A stretch of 64,000 nt of DNA from Thermodesulfobacteriota bacterium (GTDB lineage: Bacteria; Desulfobacterota; Desulfarculia; JACQYL01). Of this stretch, positions 52,622-61,949 are shown piece after piece. Position numbers and translations under genes: made by a program. Numbering within the stretch: position 1 is the stretch's first letter; each line of letters starts with the position of its first letter. The stretch is taken from NCBI GenBank assembly GCA_963675595.2, contig CAXXLZ010000002.1, forward strand, positions 1,024,001 to 1,088,000, read 5' to 3'. The notes below the pieces were generated by a model that did not search any database, was not told the origin of the DNA, and saw only the letters and a list, made by a program, of their open reading frames with translations.

Positions 52622-52775
52622 CAGGTCGTTGAAGAAGGCGATCTGCGGCGTTGCACTTCATCCCTCGTTACTGCGACGTACTTCTATGTACGCCTCGTTC
52701 CTCGGATTTTGCGCGCCTTGCATCTCATCATTTTTCAACAGCCTGCCATAACTCGACCTTTTCAACGGGCTATTA
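52622..52775 (-). repeat. MITE-like repeat, copy D (full length)
   Basis: CAGGTCGTTGAAGAAGGCGATCTGCGG...TTTTTCAACAGCCTG...TTTTCAACGGGC. Confidence 0.85.
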
Positions 52776-53579
52776 TGATAAGGCCGGCCGCAGTCCGCGG
52801 GAATCTGAACGGCGAGGACGGAAGCGCAGCATACAAGCCTCATCGGTGGGGCGTTCACCCGAAATCCATGTTTTGGACAGACGCCGACCACTGGGATTTT
52901 GGACACCGTAGGTTTCCGCGCAGGCCGCGGCGGCCCTAAAGAGCCTTTCCAGCTGCGGTGAATAATCGTCGATACCCTGCTCAACAGCTCCAAATCCAGC
53001 CCGCTCGTCTCGTTCCAACGACGAATTCGGGCGGTCGAACGATCCATTATAACATGGGGAACATGGGTTCCGAAGGTTCTTCGACATGCCTCGACCTGAA
53101 TGTGCTTCCGAAATCAACCAGTGCGGAGGGGCCCAACCGGCTAACCCATGCTCACAAGAGCGACGTCTTGGGATTCACGGTCCGTTTATCGGCGTTTTTC
53201 GTCTGAAAAAACTATACTGTCACTCAAATAGATATTTCGATCCATATCACTGAAGGATATATCAGGCGATCGTCCTCATTGGAACAGGATCACCACCCGG
53301 AGCTCGGCGATCTTCGTCGGTGGGACGAACTTCCGCCCTGTGCGGTCCGTTGAGAAGGCCGCCCCGGGAATCGAGTCGTAACGTTCCGGAATTCGGGAGG
53401 CATCTCAGAAGACCAAGGCCCCGAATGCGTCGACGTGACCCGCCTCGTTCGCACGACACGGATTCTATATCCATTGGTTTGCGAAATTTTCAGGAAGGAA
53501 TTATGTAGATGATTTGAATGGTTTTCGAATCACTTTCGCTTCACACCATAAGCTTACGTATGAGAAGGAGGAGCAAATC

Positions 53580-54014
53580 ATGCGAAAGACCGCTCTCATG
53601 TTTGTGGTCGCTGCGTTGTCCCTAACAGCCTTCTGGGCGTGCAAGCCTGCGGTCGCGGCCGACGCCGACCTGACTTCCCATTTGGTTCAGGCCCTCGGAG
53701 TAACCCAGGAGCAGGCCCAGGGCGGCGCAGGGTCCATCTTGAAATACGCCAAGGATAAGCTGAGCGGCGATGACTTCGCCAAGGTGGCCGCAGCCGTTCC
53801 GGATACGAATGCGTTGCTGAGTGCCGCGCCTTCCATTTCGGGTCTTGGAAGCGCGTTCGGCAACATAGGAGGCATTGCGTCTCTTGCCGGTTCCTTCCAA
53901 CAATTGGGGTTGAGCAAGGAAATGGTGGGAAAATTCGTTCCCGAGATATTGTCTTATGTGGAATCCAAGGGCGGTACGGAAGTCTCGAATATCCTCGCTT
54001 CCGCGCTCAAGTAG
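53580..54014 (+). CDS. Secreted DUF2780-like protein
   Basis: Signal peptide, LGVTQEQAQGGAGSIL, FQQLGLSKEMVGKFVP; AAGGAGG RBS. Confidence 0.8.
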   Translation: MRKTALMFVVAALSLTAFWACKPAVAADADLTSHLVQALGVTQEQAQGGAGSILKYAKDKLSGDDFAKVAAAVPDTNALLSAAPSISGLGSAFGNIGGIASLAGSFQQLGLSKEMVGKFVPEILSYVESKGGTEVSNILASALK

Positions 54015-54071
54015 TCTACCGTGTCGCCCAAGACGATGGGGGAAGGGGTTCTTGCGTCCCCGTCATGACCT

Positions 54072-54128
54072 GGACAGGCCGTTGAAAAACGCGATCTGCG
54101 GCAACCGGCTCTTTTCAACGGCTGTTAA
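54072..54128 (-). repeat. MITE-like repeat, copy E (minimal, both TIRs only)
   Basis: CAGGCCGTTGAAAAACGCGATCTGCGGCAACCGGCTCTTTTCAACGGCTG. Confidence 0.8.
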
Positions 54129-54207
54129 GGGATGCCGGGACCGCCCCCATCGGCCTCTTTTCCGTCGGGGGCGGCAAGTCCCTTGCAGAAATCCGATCGG
54201 CTCCGGC

Positions 54208-55710
54208 TCAGGGTGCATAGGGCGCGGCAAACCAATTGTAAAGCGTATAGTACATAGGCATCTCGTCGGCGTAGTAGGTCAAGGTGGCGTAGCCTTCCTG
54301 CGCATCCATGAAATCGCCGTCAAGATGTGAAGCGCCGCTCAGGGAATCCACATTGAAACCGTCGCTCTTGTCCGAATCCAGAAACACCTGATAATTCACC
54401 GCATCGGAGGTGCCGATCAGCACCATGGAACCGGCTTCGTAGGTCTGTACGTAGAAGTTGACGGCCGCCTGCGATCCGCCCCGGGGTTCATTTTTCCAGA
54501 TTCCGGGAAACGCGTCCGTGGAAGCGGCCTTGAACCACCGGTAGATGGTGTAGCCGGCGCCGGCTTGGCCGTCGGTGGAGAGCGTAACGGTCGCCTGATT
54601 CCAGTCCGATTCAAAGCTTATGCTGATATGGTATCCCAAACCTCCGATATCATCCGCTTCGATGCCCTGGTCGAAACTCTCCGCTATGAACGCCCGGCAT
54701 GAAACGCCGTCCGGACTGACCACCACGACGGCCGATCCCGTTGTGTAGGTCTGGATGTACACATTCATGCTCACCGCCTGTGCCTCCATGGAAGCGTCTT
54801 TCCATATCCCGTCGGGTACCCCGTCGGTTTCGGGCTCCGATCCTCCGGTTCCGTCCCATCCCACCAGTCGCGCGGCGAGCCACCAAAAAGCCTTGGCTTT
54901 GAGCACGCAGTTGAGACCGTGTGAGTGTTGGCACTCGGAATCGTCTTCCGGGCGGTTGACGCAATCCGGATCGGTCGGATGATTTTCACACCACGTGTAG
55001 CACCATCCACAAGCGTCGTCGGTGTCCGCATGCTCGACACCGTCGGGGTCGTAGCGCTCGATATCGGCAAAATCGAAAAGAATTTTGGCGTTGGCGTCCA
55101 CGTAGTCCCGCACCAGGTCGTTGTTACGCACCAGGTAGGACGTGTCGTCGCCGTCCGTGTGGCCCGTCTGGTAGATGAAACGCATCCCGGCATATTCGCT
55201 CTCCAGTTGGTCGAGGGCCGAAAGATACCGCTGCACCGTGTCCACGTCGTTCCAGGATTGCTGACCGCACCAGGCCCACATGGAATAATCGAACAAACCC
55301 GTATCCGCCACGGCCCGAGTCAGGTCGAGCGCGTACTCGCCGTCCCAATACAACTCCGGCGTGATATAGGTGTCCGGCGGATTCCCGTCGTACATGCGTA
55401 AAACCGGGGGATTCTCCTGGGGAGGCAATGCCGCCGTCTCGGCATCCTCATTCACCGCGAAACCGTACTTGGGGTCGATGCGTTCCAAGGCGAGGAGTCC
55501 CGCTACGATTTGGGAACCATGCGAGGTGTGGGCATAATGGAACGTCAGATTCTTCGCCGCTTCAATCCACGTGTCCGGGATCTGTTCGAACTGCCTTACC
55601 GCGTTATGATCGGCGGTGATTTGAGCTTGAACATCGGCGACACACCCGATGATCGCCGTCATGACGACCAGACCCAAGCAAACGGAAACAGCTTTGTTCT
55701 TTGCGCCCAT
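54208..55710 (-). CDS. Secreted hypothetical protein (possible hydrolase) with two C-terminal repeat domains
   Basis: Signal peptide from the ATG at 55710; HTSHGSQ, WCGQ, TGH, FDFADIE, HSH motifs; two GIWK...YxQTY repeats. Confidence 0.75.
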   Translation of the reverse strand: MGAKNKAVSVCLGLVVMTAIIGCVADVQAQITADHNAVRQFEQIPDTWIEAAKNLTFHYAHTSHGSQIVAGLLALERIDPKYGFAVNEDAETAALPPQENPPVLRMYDGNPPDTYITPELYWDGEYALDLTRAVADTGLFDYSMWAWCGQQSWNDVDTVQRYLSALDQLESEYAGMRFIYQTGHTDGDDTSYLVRNNDLVRDYVDANAKILFDFADIERYDPDGVEHADTDDACGWCYTWCENHPTDPDCVNRPEDDSECQHSHGLNCVLKAKAFWWLAARLVGWDGTGGSEPETDGVPDGIWKDASMEAQAVSMNVYIQTYTTGSAVVVVSPDGVSCRAFIAESFDQGIEADDIGGLGYHISISFESDWNQATVTLSTDGQAGAGYTIYRWFKAASTDAFPGIWKNEPRGGSQAAVNFYVQTYEAGSMVLIGTSDAVNYQVFLDSDKSDGFNVDSLSGASHLDGDFMDAQEGYATLTYYADEMPMYYTLYNWFAAPYAP

Positions 55711-55805
55711 GTTTGCACACTCCTTTCGGGCAAAGGTGCGATACATCGATACGGTTCCCCTACCGGTCCGCATCCCTCGGTCCTCTTCGTAGAGGAACGG
55801 CCGGA

Positions 55806-57374
55806 TCACTCCACATCCTGAAAGGCCAAAGACACCTGCACGTGGAGACTCCCCAAATCCGGGACGTCCGCCGTCACCGTTCCCTGAGTCTCGGAGGACA
55901 ACTGAAGAGTCAGCGTCCCGCCTCGGCCGAGCACGTCGTTTTGCACCGAAATTCCGTCCGAAGAATCTCCGTCCAGAAACGCCGTATAAACACCGGAGGT
56001 CAAGATTACGACGGCACAAGAGCCTGTGGCGTATTTCTGGATATACAAATTCACAACCCCGTCCGAAGATTTCCAGATGCCGTCTTTCGGTGAGAGAGAC
56101 GGAGCCGCCCCCCCTGCTTTCACCTTCCACACGTGGACCAGGCTCTTATCCCCGTCGCCTCGAATCTCCATGACGTAGATCAACCCGCGAACTTCGTCGA
56201 AAGCGGCCGCCCCGACACGGTTCTGTTCGTTGAGGGCATGCGTGCGGTAGAATACGTCGTCGATGTCCAGATAGGCGTAGGGTTGGGGCTCGTAGGATTC
56301 CATATTCCCAAGGGCCACTGCGGCCAACTGGTCCGTGTCGAAGAAAATAATCCTGCTTCGGGCTTCGGCCGCCCACCAACCTCGATTCGCCCTTCCACCG
56401 CAGGGAGGGTTCTCATTCACGCAATCCGAATACACCGTGCCGTCGTCATAGCCGTACCACGAGTCGCCGATCCCTTTGTTCCCCACAAGGAGCACGGCCG
56501 AGGAGCTCTCGGCGGTGACCCAAACGGCGCCCTCCCATTGATCGCTTTCCGAGTACCCTTCCATGGCCGGCGACCCGTCCTCTTCCACCGCACCGTATTC
56601 CAGAAGAGTGACGTTATCGAGCGCCGTATCCGGAGCGGGCGGGTCTCCCTGGAGCCATGGACCGTAAGCGTATACCGCAGGCCCCTTGCCGCCCAGACCC
56701 CCGTCTCGAAATCGGCCGCAGGCCAACCTGTACCCGGGAGTGTACAACCCCGCCCAGGCCGTTGGGATGGTCATCACATAATCGTTCGTGGAGAAATTAC
56801 CGTGATCACCCAAGTACCAGGGTCCGGCAACCTGAGGATTTGAGAGGTTCAGCTCGCTCCAGCTGTGGGAAGGCGCGGTTTCATACTGGAAGTGCGAACC
56901 CCAGGCCGCGTGAATCTTGTCCGAACTTTGGCCGATCTGTTTGGGAAGATATTCGAGACCGCCCCGCAAGGCCCCATCACCCGGATTCTCAATGTTTGGA
57001 CGGATGTCCGCGAAAGGCTGCAGGGTCACCGCTGTGTTCAATTCGCCGAGGTTCTTAGTGGACGAAATCACAGGCACGGGAATGCTCACTTCCGACACCT
57101 GATAGTCCCAGTCATGGCCGATTCCGAATAAGGAACCCGGAAAGCCGTCCGAGGGGCCCTCGGGATTGCCGTAGGGATAGTAGGTGAGCCCTCCTCCACT
57201 CCATTCCCAACTCGAGCCGCCGGATTCATCGGGCAGTCGGAATGCGCCTCGATATTCGAGATCGGTCGGCTGAAGTCGGGCGGACCGGACGTCGGTTTCA
57301 GAGGATATCAGGCACAACACGGTGGCCGCACCGACAAGAAACCAGCGCGCGCCGATCAAGAAGAGCCGTACCAT
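55806..57374 (-). CDS. Secreted hypothetical protein (beta-rich) with one C-terminal repeat domain
   Basis: Signal-like N-terminus, LEYRGAFRLP, Trp/Gly-rich body, DGIWK...YIQKY tail. Confidence 0.75.
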   Translation of the reverse strand: MVRLFLIGARWFLVGAATVLCLISSETDVRSARLQPTDLEYRGAFRLPDESGGSSWEWSGGGLTYYPYGNPEGPSDGFPGSLFGIGHDWDYQVSEVSIPVPVISSTKNLGELNTAVTLQPFADIRPNIENPGDGALRGGLEYLPKQIGQSSDKIHAAWGSHFQYETAPSHSWSELNLSNPQVAGPWYLGDHGNFSTNDYVMTIPTAWAGLYTPGYRLACGRFRDGGLGGKGPAVYAYGPWLQGDPPAPDTALDNVTLLEYGAVEEDGSPAMEGYSESDQWEGAVWVTAESSSAVLLVGNKGIGDSWYGYDDGTVYSDCVNENPPCGGRANRGWWAAEARSRIIFFDTDQLAAVALGNMESYEPQPYAYLDIDDVFYRTHALNEQNRVGAAAFDEVRGLIYVMEIRGDGDKSLVHVWKVKAGGAAPSLSPKDGIWKSSDGVVNLYIQKYATGSCAVVILTSGVYTAFLDGDSSDGISVQNDVLGRGGTLTLQLSSETQGTVTADVPDLGSLHVQVSLAFQDVE

Positions 57375-57507
57375 CCATTCTCTCCCGTTTCCAATTCGGG
57401 GAATCCCCAACACGCCGCCGTCGAAGCCCCCCAAAGCTTTGCGACGATGGAATCAGAGAGGAGCCGGGATACGGAGCCACGCCGACTCGCCGTGAAGGTT
57501 CACTCTA

Positions 57508-59127
57508 CTATGAAAAGGGTCTGATGTCCGCCTGTTCAGGGCGGCCGTTTCCATCACTCGGGCTCCACGTCGGATTCAACGGTAACATGGTCCCGCAAAA
57601 GGTACCGCTCGAGAGGATCATGGGTAATGTCGACGGAACGTGCACGGGCTTCGGCTTCTCAGTAAACAGGCTCTGGTATATGATTTTGAAAATGTCCGTA
57701 TTGTCGCGATGGTCGCCTGGAAATCGGGCTTGAAACCTGCTCGCTCCGGGCCCCTGCGCATAGATGGGAACCAGGGAATTGGTGTGGGACCCGGTCTTCA
57801 CGCAGCCCGGTCCCCAACATTCGTTGTTGAAAACGGCCCCGCCGACAGCGTCCCCCACAGGTTGCAGGTGTCCGGTTTCATGATCCGCCGTGACCACAAC
57901 GATGGTGTTGTCCCAGCTGCTTCCGTTGTCGGGATCGTTGACCCACTCGATCACGGCATGCACGGTGTTATCGAAGTCCGCCGCCTCTTCCACGACACGT
58001 CGCAGATTACTCGCATGGCCCGCCCAATCAATGGCTCCGCCTTCAATCATCAGAAAAAAGCCCTCGGGGTCTTGCTCCAGCACTTTCAATGCCCCCTCGG
58101 CCATGGTTTGCAGGGAGGGCACGTTCTGAATCAGGGGTCCGTCCAAAGAGGGGATTCCGTTCGTATCGGCCGAGGGGGAGGCATCCGACGGTTGTGCGGA
58201 AGCGGTCCGATTGAATTGCAGTGTCTCGGCAACTTGAGCCAGACCGAAAACGCGAGTGGGAACCGGGCCGCCTCTGAAGGTTCCACCGTCGGACAGGTCC
58301 TCGAAGTCCCCTTTGGTTTGGATGAAAACCCTACCTTGAAATCCGCCGGCAACCAGATCATACAACGCCTCTCCGTCTTCGTCCTCCAGGTAATTGCCGC
58401 GGTTTTCACCCCATTTCCCCCAGTCGGGCGTGACCGCTTCGCCGTCATTGTTGAAGGCCGGGTGCCCGGCGCCCATGACCACTTCCATATCGGAGTAAAT
58501 CATCTGACGGATGATCTCACCGTAGTTCTTTCGATATTGCGTTTTCGCAGCGAAGGCGGCGGGTGTGGCGTGATAAAAATTGACCGACGTCACCGTGCCC
58601 GCGGCCTTACCTGCGGCTCGCGCCGAGTCCGTAATGGTGGAGAAGTATTGAACGGCGGACGGATCGTTGCCGTCATAGCCCTCGTCTTTCGGAAGCACGT
58701 TCAGAGAGTACTTGGGGGTCTTATGCCCATTGGCCATGGCGCTCCCCGATGCGGCCGAATCCGTTGCCCCCGAATCCACGTACGTGGGCACGGGTTGAAA
58801 TTGCCATGGCGTGGTTCCGCCCAGAGCAGCATCGTAGAAACCGATCTCACTAGGATTGTCCCAGTATTCGCCGGGATGCAGGTCCGGGTCGACGGACGCG
58901 GGATTGCGCATGAACGTGGTCATGTATCCTTTATATTGCAGAGTTTCCATGGCCAAGTCCCCCTTGTCGAGATACTTGTGCGCCGCATCCACATGCCACC
59001 ATCCCATGCCGTCGCCGATGAGCAGAATCGCGTACTTGGCCGGTCCCGCGGTCTCAGCCGCACCCCCCAAGCAGAAAATCGATACCCAGAGCGTCACGAA
59101 GAAGACAATTGCCTTTGTCGTATTCAT
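57508..59127 (-). CDS. phoA: Alkaline phosphatase (PhoA family), secreted
   Basis: IGDGMG, TDSAAS (catalytic Ser), HATPAAF, EGGAIDWAGH, TADHETG, HT; signal peptide from the ATG at 59127. Confidence 0.9.
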   Translation of the reverse strand: MNTTKAIVFFVTLWVSIFCLGGAAETAGPAKYAILLIGDGMGWWHVDAAHKYLDKGDLAMETLQYKGYMTTFMRNPASVDPDLHPGEYWDNPSEIGFYDAALGGTTPWQFQPVPTYVDSGATDSAASGSAMANGHKTPKYSLNVLPKDEGYDGNDPSAVQYFSTITDSARAAGKAAGTVTSVNFYHATPAAFAAKTQYRKNYGEIIRQMIYSDMEVVMGAGHPAFNNDGEAVTPDWGKWGENRGNYLEDEDGEALYDLVAGGFQGRVFIQTKGDFEDLSDGGTFRGGPVPTRVFGLAQVAETLQFNRTASAQPSDASPSADTNGIPSLDGPLIQNVPSLQTMAEGALKVLEQDPEGFFLMIEGGAIDWAGHASNLRRVVEEAADFDNTVHAVIEWVNDPDNGSSWDNTIVVVTADHETGHLQPVGDAVGGAVFNNECWGPGCVKTGSHTNSLVPIYAQGPGASRFQARFPGDHRDNTDIFKIIYQSLFTEKPKPVHVPSTLPMILSSGTFCGTMLPLNPTWSPSDGNGRPEQADIRPFS

Positions 59128-59162
59128 TTGTATTATATTAATCTCCGAGGATGCTGATTTCG

Positions 59163-59321
59163 TAACAGCCGTTGAAGAAAAGCCGGTTGCCGCGGGTTGG
59201 TGAAAAACGATGACATGCAAGGCGCGCAAATCCCAAGGAAGGAGACGTTCATGGAAGTGCTCAGCAGTGACGAGGGACAAAGCGCAATGCCGCAGGTCGG
59301 GTTTTTCAACGACCTGTCTAA
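59163..59321 (+). repeat. MITE-like repeat, copy F (full length)
   Basis: TAACAGCCGTTGAAG...GAAAAACGATGACATGCAAGGCGCGCAAAT...TTTTTCAACGACCTGTCTAA. Confidence 0.85.
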
Positions 59322-59558
59322 AGAATCTTCACAATGGCCATTTTACACGCTCCGGCCGCATCCTGAAATCTTTTTGAAGCGCAAACGTTCCCGTCCCCAA
59401 AAGTCCATGCGGGGAACGTCCCGGACGATGAATGTGCTTACCCGGGCACGGAACCGAAAGTCGTCGTCTCAAAGAGATTCGACGAGAATCCGGCAAGACG
59501 AAGGGACGGCACGCCTTGCCGCCCGGATGGAACCTCTCTTATGGAAAGGGATAACCGT

Positions 59559-60980
59559 ATGACTCGTTCAACGATCCTTGTCGCCGTGACGGCGGTTTTG
59601 CTCATGGTCGGGCTGCGGACGCCGGCCATGTCCGATTGCTCAGCCATCGCCACGTTCGCCGATGGTCTCGAACCTCAGGCCGAATTACATGTGGCGGGGG
59701 ACGGCAACGACGTCACCGGTACCGGCACCGCCTCCAATCCGTTCGCCACGATTCAGCGCGCATCACAACAGGCCACGGCCGGGACGGCCGTCGTCGTTCA
59801 CTCCGGGGTCTATTCCGGCGGAACGTACTTGAGCGGCATTGAAGGCACGTCGACGGCTCCCATCTGGATCGGGGGAGCGGATGAAGAAGACAAACCGGTT
59901 ATCCAGGGGAGTAATGAGGCCCTGCACCTGGTACGGGCGAAATACGTAATCGTGCATGATCTGGAGGTTCGCAACAGCACGTCCAACGGAATCAATGCCG
60001 ATGACGGCGGGGACTACGACGACGCAACCGCTTCCCACCATTTGCTTTTTCAGCGACTCCATATCCACGACATCGGCGGCACGGGCAATCAGGACGGCCT
60101 GAAACTTTCCGGCATTCGCGACTTCGCCGTGTTGGACTGCGAGTTCGCCCGCTGCGGGGGAGGAGCGTCGGGAAGCGGGGTGGACATGGTTGGCTGTCAT
60201 CAGGGGCAAATCGCCCGCAATCATTTTGAGGACATGTCCGCGAACGCCGTCCAGTGCAAGGGGGGTTCCACGGACGTTGAAATTCTGCGCAACCGAATCG
60301 TCGATGCGGGGGAACGCGGGGTCAATATCGGCGGTTCCACGGGGTTTCAGTATTTCCGTCCCCCGCTTTCCACTACCGAACCCAACGCGGAATCACGCAA
60401 CATCCGAGTATTGGCCAACGTTTTCGAGGGAGCGGTCACGCCCGTGGCATTCGTGGGCACGGTGGACAGCGTGGTCGCCGACAACACCCTCGTGAACCCC
60501 ACCACCTGGCTGCTGCGCATCCTCCAGGAAACCACAAGCTCGGGCGACTATGAATTCCTGCCCTGCGGCAATAATCTTTTCCAAAACAATCTCGTCTACT
60601 TCGAGCGGAATACCATCAGTACCTACCTAAATATCGGCCCCAACACGGCAGAAGAAACCTTCACTTTTTCACACAACCTATGGTACGCGCATGACGTACC
60701 GGAAAGTTCGCAACCCACCCTGCCCGTTTCCGAAACGAACGGAATCTACGGAGCCGATCCCGAATTCACGGACCCGGCCACGGGCGATTACGGCATCGAC
60801 AAAGACGGGCCTGCGGCTCGCGCGGGTCTCACCCCGGCGTCCACGAGCGGGGACTTCGTCGGTACCTGCTATCGCACACCGCCATCCATCGGCGCCTATG
60901 AGATTCCGGGAGCCGGTTCTTCTCCGTCAAGGGCCGTCCCCCCGGCCCTTAATCTCCTTTGTGGGGATTCGGAGGAATGA
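59559..60980 (+). CDS. Secreted right-handed parallel beta-helix protein (pectin lyase-like fold)
   Basis: Signal peptide, GNDVTGTGTASNPFATIQRA, Asn-ladder repeats, IGAYE terminus. Confidence 0.82.
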   Translation: MTRSTILVAVTAVLLMVGLRTPAMSDCSAIATFADGLEPQAELHVAGDGNDVTGTGTASNPFATIQRASQQATAGTAVVVHSGVYSGGTYLSGIEGTSTAPIWIGGADEEDKPVIQGSNEALHLVRAKYVIVHDLEVRNSTSNGINADDGGDYDDATASHHLLFQRLHIHDIGGTGNQDGLKLSGIRDFAVLDCEFARCGGGASGSGVDMVGCHQGQIARNHFEDMSANAVQCKGGSTDVEILRNRIVDAGERGVNIGGSTGFQYFRPPLSTTEPNAESRNIRVLANVFEGAVTPVAFVGTVDSVVADNTLVNPTTWLLRILQETTSSGDYEFLPCGNNLFQNNLVYFERNTISTYLNIGPNTAEETFTFSHNLWYAHDVPESSQPTLPVSETNGIYGADPEFTDPATGDYGIDKDGPAARAGLTPASTSGDFVGTCYRTPPSIGAYEIPGAGSSPSRAVPPALNLLCGDSEE

Positions 60981-61011
60981 ACGGCCTGAAACGGCTCCCG
61001 TCGGTTTTCCG

Positions 61012-61440
61012 CTATACGAATGCCACCAGTTCGATATCGAAGGTCAGGGTCAGGCCCGCCAGAGGAGGATTGGCATCCAACGTGACTTCCTCGTCAGAGA
61101 TGTCCGTCACAACGACCCGTACCGGCTCTCCGGAAGGCGTGGTCACCTGCAGCGGCAGTCCCTCGGTAAGTTCAATATGGTCCGGAATGGCGCTCCTTGG
61201 AACTTTCGAGACCATCTCGGGCCTCTTCTCACCGAAACCTTCACTCGGTTCCACTCGAATTGTCTTTCGTTCGCCTTCCGTCATACCCACCGTCGCCTTT
61301 TCGAAGCCGGGGATCAATTGGCCGTCTCCAATGGTAAATTCAAGCGGTTCATCGCCATTGGAATTGGCGAATTCCGTCCCATCGTCCAATCTGCCCGTGA
61401 AGTTGACCTTTACCGTATCGCCTTGTTCCGCCTTTCTCAT
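61012..61440 (-). CDS. FKBP-type peptidyl-prolyl isomerase (SlyD/SlpA-like, no His-rich tail)
   Basis: GRLDDGTEF, PLEFTIGDGQLIPGFE, LDANPPLAGLTLTFDIE. Confidence 0.92.
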   Translation of the reverse strand: MRKAEQGDTVKVNFTGRLDDGTEFANSNGDEPLEFTIGDGQLIPGFEKATVGMTEGERKTIRVEPSEGFGEKRPEMVSKVPRSAIPDHIELTEGLPLQVTTPSGEPVRVVVTDISDEEVTLDANPPLAGLTLTFDIELVAFV

Positions 61441-61949
61441 GAATATCTCCTTTTCACCGCGTTGGGGATACCGTTCGAGTGTACCGCGTATCCCGATCTC
61501 TTTCAGAAAACCTGAACCACCACTTCGGTTTCCTTACGACCTTTCAGGCAAGGATATTCCTAAGATACGGATCATCCGTATTTTCGCACTTTCGAGCATC
61601 AAGCGATTTGAGAGGAAAACCGGATGATTCCTCCGGAAACTTCGGCAACGCAATTGTTATGGGATGACCATCATTTAAGCCGAAAAGCAAGAGCGCAACA
61701 AAACCGGAGTAAGTAATCTTGGAACGAATCGAAGGAATGGAGAATATCAAAAACTGATTAACCGATGTTCAATGGTGAGACATTTGGATGGTACTTAATA
61801 TTCCCTCGAAGAATCTTACCAGCCTGCTGAAAATTGTTTGAACAATAACAACCCCATAACCATTTGTCAAATAATCTGAGGAAATATGTTCGACCCATCA
61901 TTCGGATTCTCGTATCATGTATGCGTGCGAGAAAGGGAACAAAATAACA

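Noticed and set aside
11219-59321. Repeats as a possible CRISPR array
   Set aside because: Copies are kilobases apart, with no regular spacers and no cas genes
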